Source: an uncultured delta proteobacterium (GTDB taxonomy: Bacteria > Myxococcota_A > Polyangia > Polyangiales > Polyangiaceae). From it: a stretch of 64,000 nt of DNA. This document shows, one piece after another, positions 1 through 7,865 of this stretch. The notes under the pieces are model-generated. The model worked only from the letters and a program-made list of their open reading frames with translations, was not told the DNA's origin and did no database searches. Both the position numbers and the translations under genes were made by a program. Positions within the stretch are counted from its first letter, which is position 1; the number at the start of each line of letters is the position of its first letter. Location of the stretch: assembly GCA_963696385.1 (NCBI GenBank), contig CAVOKF010000003.1, positions 544,001-608,000 of the forward strand, given 5' to 3'.

Positions 1-2
1 CC

Positions 3-137
3 CTAGGACGTAAGATGACGCTGGTGCAGCTTCTCGAGGGAAAGCAGGCCGCACGAGCCGTGGCGGAGGCGTACTTGCGCCGTTTCCCGGGCGGAACGTA
101 CGCGGCAACCGCCCGGGCGCTGACCAACGCGCCGTGA
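3..137 (+). CDS. C-terminus of a TPR-like protein (partial, 5' end outside window); tail resembles myxobacterial FecR/anti-sigma-type TPR proteins
   Basis: Frame 3 reads LGRKMTLVQLLEGKQAARAVAEAYLRRFPGGTYAATARALTNAP*. The YLxRFPxG helix-hairpin is typical of these tails. Stop overlaps the next GTG (GTGA). Confidence 0.6.
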   Translation, partial: LGRKMTLVQLLEGKQAARAVAEAYLRRFPGGTYAATARALTNAP

Positions 138-1200
138 GCGGTCGCTGGCGTCGTACGCTGGCAGTACGGCTGGTCGCATGGCTGAGCTCAACGCTCGGAC
201 TGATCGGAGCGCCCGCATGGGCCGGCTCCGGCCGCGTCATACTGATTCGACCGACGGCCGCCGACGAAACGATTGGCGAGGCACTCAACCGGGTGCGGGG
301 CGAGCTTGTGGCTGAGGGGTTCGACGTGGCCGAGGTGGATGTGTTGCCGGACTTGGCCCCGCCGGCCCCAGGCCGTGTCGCCCCCCAAGACGCCGCGTTG
401 GCCACGATCAATCTCTCCGTCGAGGAGGGGGCGCACGTCGTCGATCTGCGGGTGATCGACCGGATCAACAACAAAACGGTCATCCGGCGAACGCCCGTCG
501 AGGGCGGAACAACGTCCAGCACCGCGGAGATCCTCGCGGTCCGCGCCGTGGAGCTGCTGCGCGCCAGCCTGCTCGAGTTGTTGCTGGAGTCCCGCCCCCC
601 AACCCCGGCCCCAAACGCAACGGCCGTCGCCGAGGTGCGCCACGCGTCGAAGTGGGCCGCTCAAGGCCTGCCGCACGAGCGGGAACCGGTGTGGGCCGTC
701 GAGGTGGGGGCGGTCGTCGTCACGGACCTCGGGGGATCCCTCCGGCCGTGCTGGCGCTCGCGCGGATCCGCCGCGCGCTTTTCGGTCCGCTATCGCTGCG
801 CGCAACGGTCGCGGGTCTCGGAACCGAGATGCGTGCTGCGTCAGCCGTGGGAGAGGCAACGGTCACGCAGAACATCGGCCTGATCGAGTGCGTCGCATCG
901 CTCTGGGCAACAGCCGTGATTCATCCCGTCGTCTCGATCGGCGCGGGCGTCATTTATACCTCTGTGGAAGGTCACGCGGTATTTCCGTATCAGGCTCAGT
1001 CCAATCCCCCCCAGTGGTCCGCGGCAGCCGATGCGAGTCTCGGCGCCGAGATGAAACTCGACCGCCGTTTCGCCCTTTCGATCGAAGGCCACGCGTTGCT
1101 CGCGCAACCGTATCCCGTCGTCCAGTTGCTCGGCGCCGACGTCGCGCGGACCGGACATCCGGCGATTCTCGGGTCGGTGTCCGTCGTGGGGTGGCTGTGA
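134..1200 (+). CDS. Secreted protein with a C-terminal beta-barrel-like region; one apparent frameshift at the G5 run 731-735
   Basis: ORF 134..883 has a signal peptide (APAWA). The amphipathic beta-strand pattern continues in ORF 652..1200 from GIPPAVL and ends in VVGWL. Adding one G at 731-735 joins the two. Confidence 0.7.
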
Positions 1201-2141
1201 TCCAAAGGCGCCCGCAGCGGCGGACGGCGCTGGCCGCAATCGCGTCCTTGTGCGCGACCGCATTTGCGTGCAATCCCGCCCCCATCAACGCGGTCGAGCT
1301 GGATCTGAGCTCTCAGCTCATCGCCTACTACCCGTTCGATGACGGAAGCGGAAATATCGTACACGATCACTCCGGTCACAACCTCGATGGGACACTCCTC
1401 GGCGGTACGTGGAACTGGATCCCCGATGGGAAGTTCGGCGGCGCGCTTCATCTCGACGCTTACAGCTACGTGACCGTCGGGAGTCCGCCGAACGCCAGCT
1501 CGCCCGACGCCACCTTGCCCGACGCAGGCTCGCCCGACGCAGGCTCGCCCGACGCAGGCTCGCCCGACGCCAGCTCGCCCGACGCGGGCTTGCTCGACAC
1601 AAGCTCGCCCGACGCGGGCTTCCCGAACCAAATCTGGTCCAGTTTCACGGTATCCACTTGGGTCCGGACGAGCGGTTGGTACGACGCGGCGCAATTTGAG
1701 ACGGTGGCCAGCACCGAAGAGGTGTTCGACGGCGGCTGGGAGATCAACATCGAGAACGACCCGGGCGGCGCAGTCGAGTTGCAGGCGGCGTTCTACGACC
1801 ATCTCCAGCCCCCCATGATGAACCACGGGTACAGGGAGTACGACTGCTTATGCTTGCCACCGGACGTCTGGACACACTTTGCGTTCGTGGTCGACGGAGT
1901 GGCTCATACGATGACGACCTACGTCAACGGCCAGCTCGCGCCCAGCACCTCGATGTTTTCCAACCCGGTTACGGCTCCAGACCCCATATTTCCGGGCGCC
2001 CCCGTGCTATCGATCGGGACCTGGTCGGGACCTGGTCCGCGCTTTCTGATTGGGGACATCGATGACCTGGCCATTTATGGTCGAGCGCTCCAACCGGCCG
2101 AGATTCTCGCGCTGCAACAAAACCCTCCGATCCCGCCCTGA
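1197..2141 (+). CDS. LamG / concanavalin A-like domain lipoprotein with an SPDAG repeat insertion
   Basis: GTG at 1197 overlaps the upstream stop. Lipobox-like AFAC; LIAYYPFDDGSG, FTVSTW, WTHFAFV, YVNG and GDIDDLAIYGRAL motifs. Confidence 0.85.
   Translation: MIQRRPQRRTALAAIASLCATAFACNPAPINAVELDLSSQLIAYYPFDDGSGNIVHDHSGHNLDGTLLGGTWNWIPDGKFGGALHLDAYSYVTVGSPPNASSPDATLPDAGSPDAGSPDAGSPDASSPDAGLLDTSSPDAGFPNQIWSSFTVSTWVRTSGWYDAAQFETVASTEEVFDGGWEINIENDPGGAVELQAAFYDHLQPPMMNHGYREYDCLCLPPDVWTHFAFVVDGVAHTMTTYVNGQLAPSTSMFSNPVTAPDPIFPGAPVLSIGTWSGPGPRFLIGDIDDLAIYGRALQPAEILALQQNPPIPP
1497..1625 (+). repeat. 15-bp tandem repeat (consensus CTCGCCCGACGCAGG, about 8 degenerate units) encoding SPDAG
   Basis: Directly visible; protein reads SSPDATLPDAGSPDAGSPDAGSPDASSPDAGLLDTSSPDAGFP. 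Confidence 0.95.
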
Positions 2142-2147
2142 CTCGCG

Positions 2148-2402
2148 GTGGCGTGGTCTGGGGCTGGCCTGTCGGGCGAAGCCGCCGCGCAGCCGTCGCC
2201 GCCGGAGCCGCCTCCACCGCCCCCCGCGTTCGTGGCGACCGTGGAGCCCGTGTACTACGAAGGCCACGCGGCCTATGGGTGTGGGGCCTGGTACTGGCGC
2301 GATCCGCATGGGTGGCATGGGTACCCGAGCGAGCCCGTATTCCTTCGGGATCGGCGGGGGCCCTCGCCGCCGCCGCGCCACCACTACGAGCGACGACGCT
2401 GA
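2148..2402 (+). CDS. Small Pro/Trp/Tyr-rich protein, possibly 5'-truncated
   Basis: EAAAQ then PPPPPP, then VEPVYYEGHAAY..WYWRD..W: composition of small secreted myxobacterial proteins. No RBS and no signal n-region. Confidence 0.55.
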   Translation: MAWSGAGLSGEAAAQPSPPEPPPPPPAFVATVEPVYYEGHAAYGCGAWYWRDPHGWHGYPSEPVFLRDRRGPSPPPRHHYERRR

Positions 2403-2439
2403 CGGCGTGTTCCGCGGCGGCGGAGGTCCTCGACGCCCG

Positions 2440-2724
2440 AGTCACTCCCGGTCGGAGGCGGCACGGCGCGTCGGACGCTTTTCGGCTGGAGGCCTCGTCC
2501 TCGCTACGCCGGGGCTGTCCGCGGGCGCGTTGCCGGCGGCTCGAATCCAAACCTTTGGCAAGCGGACGTCCGAGCAAAGCCCTCGAACCGGCACGGGGCA
2601 CGACGCCTGCCGAACGGCAACGCGGGCACTCGTAGCTCTCCACGTCCCACGCCAATCCGGGGGGCCCGAAGGGGCCTCCGCCGGAACCTCCGCAAGCGGG
2701 ACAAGTCATGGGGTTTTCCATCAT
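2440..2724 (-). CDS. Small CxxCxGxG zinc-finger protein (3' end uncertain)
   Basis: GAGGGA RBS just upstream of ATG 2724; CPACGGSG and CPRCRSAG motifs. The called ORF runs to 1969, antisense to real genes, so the true end is unclear and the lower coordinate is approximate. Confidence 0.5.
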
Positions 2725-2835
2725 CGGGTATCCCTCTTATGCCGCAGACCGCATGCGCCGGGCTGTTGTCCATGCCATCGGCTGAACGGACCGTCATGCG
2801 AGCGGGCTGTCACCCTAAAGTCCGTATGAGTTCCG

Positions 2836-2907
2836 TGGGCGCAGAGGGATTCGGACCCCCGACTTCGTCCGTGTGAAGGACGCACTCTACCGCTGAGTTA
2901 TGCGCCC
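2836..2907 (-). tRNA. tRNA-Val (CAC), no encoded CCA, atypical T-loop
   Basis: Reverse complement GGGCGCA-TA-ACTC-AGCGGTA-GAGT-G-CGTCC-TTCACAC-GGACG-AAGTC-GGGGG-TCCGAAT-CCCTC-TGCGCCC-A folds as a cloverleaf. Confidence 0.93.
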
Positions 2908-2989
2908 AAAGCCGATCAGCGTCCGACCGTACCGCGCAAGAACGGCAACGGCAAGAGTGACTTCGCGTTCGACCGGTGCCTTGCCCGAA

Positions 2990-3640
2990 TCACGGCACCC
3001 CCACGACGCCGAGCGTGGCCGCGCGAATTTTTCGCCAAAGATCCTCGCGACCCTCGCCGGTCGTCGCGCTGAAGCCCAGCACGGGAAAGGGGCGCGCGCC
3101 CAGACGCACTTTTTCGAGAGCGGGTTTCCGCGCAGCCAAGCTCAGCTTGTCGATCTTGGTTGCGACCCAAATGACTTCCAGCGGCTTTGGCCCCGTAACC
3201 GTCCGAGGTCGACGCAAGAAATCCATCAGTTGCCGCTCTTCTTCTTCGATGCCGCGACGCACGTCTACGAGAAGCACGACGGCACGCAGACCGGTGCGCT
3301 GGGTCAGGTAACCCTCAATCATCGTCTGCCACTGCGACCGCTCGTCCTTCGACCGACGCGCCCAGCCGTAGCCGGGTAAGTCGACGAAGCGCAGGTTTAG
3401 GCCATCTGCGCAACGCACTTCGAACACATTCAATTGCCGCGTGCACCCGGGCGTGTTGCTCGTCCGTGCCAATCCCCGACGCTGCATCGTGGCATTGAGG
3501 AGGCTCGACTTGCCGACGTTCGAACGGCCGGCAAAAGCCACTTCGATGAGCGTCGGGGGCGGAAGCGATGCATCGTCGACGGCTCCCGCGACGAAGGACG
3601 CGTCGATCACTCTCGTCTCGGTCGGTCCTATCTCTTTCAT
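2990..3640 (-). CDS. engB: Ribosome biogenesis GTP-binding protein YihA/YsxC
   Basis: EVAFAGRSNVGKSSLLN, TPGCT, DLPGYG and TKIDK motifs; ATG 3640 overlaps the murJ stop. Confidence 0.95.
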   Translation of the reverse strand: MKEIGPTETRVIDASFVAGAVDDASLPPPTLIEVAFAGRSNVGKSSLLNATMQRRGLARTSNTPGCTRQLNVFEVRCADGLNLRFVDLPGYGWARRSKDERSQWQTMIEGYLTQRTGLRAVVLLVDVRRGIEEEERQLMDFLRRPRTVTGPKPLEVIWVATKIDKLSLAARKPALEKVRLGARPFPVLGFSATTGEGREDLWRKIRAATLGVVGVP

Positions 3641-5291
3641 CGCAACCCCTCCTTGGCTCTGCGCTGACCCCGCCCGATCCGGCGACGGGCCGCGTTTCGA
3701 ATTTCGTCCAATTCCGGCGCCCCAAGGCCCCACGCGACGGCCAGAAATGCGATGGCAAACGCAACCGACCCACCCGTGCCCGGAAGCATGCGCGCGATCG
3801 CGGGCGGGATGGCGCCCGATCCGCGCGCAGCGAGACTCCGAGCCGTCCCCCACGCCGCCATCGACGCCACCACCGACGCAAACAGCGTCCGGATGGTCGA
3901 CCTCAATAGGCTTGCGCCGCAGAGCGTCCCGATCCGCCGTTTGAGACCCGCAAGAAGCAACACCATTTGAATCGCGCTCGAGCCCGCGACCGCGACGCTG
4001 ACCCCGACATGCCCAAGCGGTGCGCGCAGGGTCGTCGCAAGCCCGATGAAGACGACGAGGTCCATCGCGCTGACAACGACTGGCGTGCCGGTGTCCCCGA
4101 GCGCATACAGCGCCGCCACCGTTTGTCTGACGACGGCCACCGTCCAGATTGCGCCGCCCTGCCACACGAGAGCTCTCGCGGTCTCGTGCGCGGCGCGAGC
4201 GTCGAACGCACCGCGTTCGAAGAGGGCGACAACGATCGGCTCGCCGACGACGACGAAGAGAGCGCTCGCAGGCACAGCCACGAACATGGCCAGGTTCACG
4301 CCGTGTGCCCATGCGCTGGCGAGTTCGCGTGTGGCCCCTTTCGCGGCGAGCATCGACAACGAGGGCAGCGCCGCCGTCGACAGCGCCATGACGAAAATGC
4401 CTTGAGGAAAGTCGCAGAGACGCATCGCCCATGAGAAGTAGCTCTGTGCCCCGCTGCCGAGACCGGCCAAGAAGCGACGCGAGATGATCAGATCGATCGA
4501 ATAAATGCCGATCCCCAGTGTGAGCGGTGCGATTCTCCGCAGGACTCTCCGCACGTCATCGTCGAAGACGAAGCGGGGGCGCCCTGCGAACCCGATCGCC
4601 CGAAGCGCGGGCCACTGAGCGACCACTTGCAAGAGCCCGCCGACAAGAGCGCCCAGGGCGAGCGCGATCACGGGGTCCTTTCCCTGCGAGGCGAGAACGT
4701 GCGGCAGCCAAAGCGCGGCCGCCAAGAGCGCCACGTTGAGCAAACCTGGAGCGAATGCCGCCACCGCAAAGCGCCGCTTCGCGTTCAACGCCGCCATGCC
4801 GAGCGCGGCATTGCCCATGAAGAACAGGTACGGGAAGATCCAGCGCGTCAGCGTCACGGTCCGGTCGAACTCTCCCGGTCGACCCCCATACGTCCCGACG
4901 AAGATCTCCGTCACGGGGCGAGCGAAAATCATGCCGAGCGCAGTCACGACCACCAGCGCGACCAACGAGGCGCCGCGCACGCGCGCAAAAAACAAGCGCG
5001 CCGCGTCGTCGCCCTCACGAGACATTTTTCCGCCAGCAACGGGACGACCGCGCTGGTAACGGCGCCCTCCCCGAGAAGCTGACGAAGGGCGTTGGGTATG
5101 GTGAACGCGATCCACCACGCATCGGTAGCGTCGCGATCGAAGATCGCCGCAAGGCCCATGTCACGAAATAGGCCGAGGATGCGCGACACGAGCGTGCCGG
5201 CTCCAACGATGGTGGCTCGCGCGATGAGCCGGCGCCGCTCGTGCTCCGTCTCGCGATCGAGCGTCGCTTCCGGGCTCGTCACCGCCTTCAC
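3637..5291 (-). CDS. murJ: Lipid II flippase MurJ; one apparent frameshift at the T5 run 5025-5029
   Basis: N-terminus (TLVSRILGLFRD, AFTIPNALRQLLGEGA) is in ORF 4944..5327; the rest (FPY, RLCDFPQG, LFERGAF) is in ORF 3637..5118. One extra A in GAAAAATG joins them. Confidence 0.92.
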
Positions 5292-5635
5292 AGCCGGGGA
5301 ATGGGGCCGCGCTCGATCACGCCGCACGACTCACACTGACAAAGTGTTCGAAGGTACTTGAACGAATAAATGCCGGTCGAATGCCCGTCGAACCATTTGA
5401 GCGCGAGCGCATATCCGCCCACGCGCTCAATGTCTTCGAGCTCGCGCTGTGTGTCGGTCGATTCGATGAATCGAATGTCGCCCGAGTGACCCTGGCAACC
5501 GGCGCAAGGACAGAACCCGCGCAGAACCTCGTGCGGATACAAGCCCTTATGCCCGTCCGCCCAATCGATCTCGGTCGTGCGCCCGCCTCGCGGAGAGCGA
5601 ATCCTCACGGGCTTGAAGCGCAGATCCTGGGTCAT
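5288..5635 (-). CDS. DUF971 / GBBH-like N-terminal domain protein
   Basis: IDWADGH, LRGFCPCAGC, VGGYAL, WFDGHSTGIYSFKYLR. Confidence 0.9.
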   Translation of the reverse strand: MTQDLRFKPVRIRSPRGGRTTEIDWADGHKGLYPHEVLRGFCPCAGCQGHSGDIRFIESTDTQRELEDIERVGGYALALKWFDGHSTGIYSFKYLRTLCQCESCGVIERGPIPRL

Positions 5636-6606
5636 GCGAGGCCCCTTCGAACGGACTCGATCGCGGCGCGGGCTTTCCCAAGCCCCAAAAGACCCGCCAC
5701 GGCGCCGGGGCGGGCGATCGCCTTTTTGCCCATGATGTGCCCGATGCGCAACGCAGAACGCCAGAGGCCCGGATTCGTCCACTCGGCCGAGCGCGGTGTG
5801 ATGTGCGCGGCGGCAAGCGTCGCGAGCGTCCCCGCGATGAACGCATCGCCTGCACCCGTCGCGTCGACACAGCGCGCACGCATGGCAGGGACGTCGACTT
5901 CGCCATGCGGCCCGATGGCGCTCGCGCGATCGGCGCCACGTGTGATGAGCCAAGTGGCGCCGGGGGCATTGCGCTCCAGCCAACGCAAACCGGTGCCTCG
6001 CTCGCCAAGGGCGCGCAGATCCGCGTTGCTCGCCTTAACGATCGCGGCGCGCCCGGCCAGCCCGGCAATCGCGTTGCGCATCGATTCGCGATCGGCCCAA
6101 AGATGCGGGCGCACGTTGAGATCGACGAAGAGTTGCGCACCCGCCGATCGAGCGACATCGAGGAACCGGTCGGTAGCCCTGGCGAGCTCGGGCGTCATCG
6201 AGGTACTCGTTCCCACGAGCGCCCAGCGCGCGCGCCCCATTGGCGAGGTCACGTGTTCTGCGACCATCGCCAGGTCGGCGGACTGATGGCGATAGAATAG
6301 AAAATCCGGCTCCCCGCGAGAATCCCGAAGCACGAATGCCAGCCCGGTCCGGTTGGGCAATCGTTGGACGAAACGCACATCGACGCCATCGCCGCGCAGA
6401 TGCGCGATGAGCGCGTCGCCGAAGCGATCGCGCCCGACGCCCCCGACGACGGCGGCCTTGGCGCCCAACCTGGCAAGCCCTGTGGCGACGTTGGCCGGCG
6501 CGCCCCCGAGTTCGCGCCGAAACGTGCGCGCGATCGGTTCGCGCTCCCGCCCGCCGATCTCGAACAGGTCCCATAGGATCTCACCGAAGCAGACGACGTC
6601 GAGCAT
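5632..6606 (-). CDS. PfkB-family carbohydrate kinase (fructokinase-like)
   Basis: GEILWD, GGAPANVA, DLNVR and DATGAGDAF signatures. Confidence 0.93.
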   Translation of the reverse strand: MLDVVCFGEILWDLFEIGGREREPIARTFRRELGGAPANVATGLARLGAKAAVVGGVGRDRFGDALIAHLRGDGVDVRFVQRLPNRTGLAFVLRDSRGEPDFLFYRHQSADLAMVAEHVTSPMGRARWALVGTSTSMTPELARATDRFLDVARSAGAQLFVDLNVRPHLWADRESMRNAIAGLAGRAAIVKASNADLRALGERGTGLRWLERNAPGATWLITRGADRASAIGPHGEVDVPAMRARCVDATGAGDAFIAGTLATLAAAHITPRSAEWTNPGLWRSALRIGHIMGKKAIARPGAVAGLLGLGKARAAIESVRRGLA

Positions 6607-6612
6607 GCCGGC

Positions 6613-7311
6613 TCAGCGCTCAAACCCAGCATGCGCAGCCATTGCCCGATCGACAACGCCAAGCACGGCCCGAGCTTCGCCGTCGCTCACGGCGCCGCAC
6701 CGACCCGCAACGAGGGCGCGCGCCGCATCACGAACGCCGGCCGTGAGCACGGTCGATGCGCCGCCGCAGGCGCGGCAGATCAAACCTCCCCGCGCCGGAT
6801 CGAGGCACGCGGCCCTGCCGGCAGGGCACGTTCGACCGCAAACGATGCATTCTTCGAGCTCGAGCCCATAGCCGACGGCGACGAGCATCGCGAGACCCGC
6901 ACGCGCCAAGTCCGTTCGCGGCGAAAGACTTCCGCGCTCAAGCGCATCCAAAAGCTCGATCAGCACTTGCCAGCCCCGTGGCTCGGGGGTGCGTGGCGGG
7001 AAGAGGTGTCGCGCCCACCGCAGCGCCACCCCGGCGACGTCGAGGGCTTCGAGGTCGGCCGCCACGCCCGGGCGGAGACGTACGATGCGTGCTTCCTTGA
7101 GCGTCGCGAGCTCGCCTCCCTTATCCTCGAGCAACACGGACACGGTATGGATGGGCTCCAGAGCTCCGCCGACGCGCCGAGATCCTTTTCGGGCACCGCG
7201 GACTACCGCAGCGACCTTGCCTGCCTGCTCCGTCACGAGTGTCGCGACGACATCGCTTTCTCGCAGCTCCACCGTCCGGACGACGAGCGCCTCGCTCTCG
7301 AGCAGCGTCAC
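6613..7311 (-). CDS. recO: DNA repair protein RecO
   Basis: N-terminal OB fold (ESD, GKV, RGARK) and a CxxC...CxxC zinc finger. Confidence 0.92.
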   Translation of the reverse strand: MTLLESEALVVRTVELRESDVVATLVTEQAGKVAAVVRGARKGSRRVGGALEPIHTVSVLLEDKGGELATLKEARIVRLRPGVAADLEALDVAGVALRWARHLFPPRTPEPRGWQVLIELLDALERGSLSPRTDLARAGLAMLVAVGYGLELEECIVCGRTCPAGRAACLDPARGGLICRACGGASTVLTAGVRDAARALVAGRCGAVSDGEARAVLGVVDRAMAAHAGFER

Positions 7312-7865
7312 ACGACCCGTTCAAGGCCACCGAGCTCGGATCGCCGCTGCGACAGCTCCGTCGGCATGTCGTGGCCGCGCGGCTTGAGCACGATAGAAAG
7401 CGCCAACGAGAGCAAAATGAGCAGCAATACGAAGGCGATCGCCACACCAAATCGCCGTCCGTGCCCCTCGCGAGCCGCTTGCAGCGGCGTCTGCATCGGG
7501 AGCGGGGTGACGTACGCCACGCGCCGACTCGAGGTGTACCGAGCCAGGACCTCCGCGGGCAGCACGCCCACGGCTTGGGCGTACGCACGAAGAAAGCCAC
7601 GCACGAACACCTCGCCGGGCAGCTCGTCGAATCGATCCGCTTCCATGGCTTGGAGCGACGAGACCGGAATGCGCGTCACCCGCGCGAGCTCGACGAGGCT
7701 CATGCTCCGACCCATGCGATACCGCTTCAAATGGCTGCCAAGGGACTCGAGGCTCGTGGGCGCGCCGTGCCCACTCGCGGCATCCGCGGCGGCGGACGTC
7801 GGGCGCGCGATCGCCTGGGAATTCCTCGTTCCGGTGAGACCGTCGGCCGGTTGCGTCGGGGTCAT
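7308..7865 (-). CDS. RodZ-like HTH protein with a single TM helix
   Basis: LGSHLKRYR..TRI..ME..LPGEVFVRGFLRAYA motif, then a TM segment and a very short C-tail. Confidence 0.85.
   Translation of the reverse strand: MTPTQPADGLTGTRNSQAIARPTSAAADAASGHGAPTSLESLGSHLKRYRMGRSMSLVELARVTRIPVSSLQAMEADRFDELPGEVFVRGFLRAYAQAVGVLPAEVLARYTSSRRVAYVTPLPMQTPLQAAREGHGRRFGVAIAFVLLLILLSLALSIVLKPRGHDMPTELSQRRSELGGLERVV

Noticed and set aside
1497..1625. Tandem repeat as a CRISPR array
   Set aside because: Units are 15 bp, contiguous, have no spacers and are in frame within a CDS; no cas genes.
2812..2818. TTAGGG as a telomere-like repeat
   Set aside because: Single copies only, in a bacterial context; kept only as a possible tRNA-flank motif.
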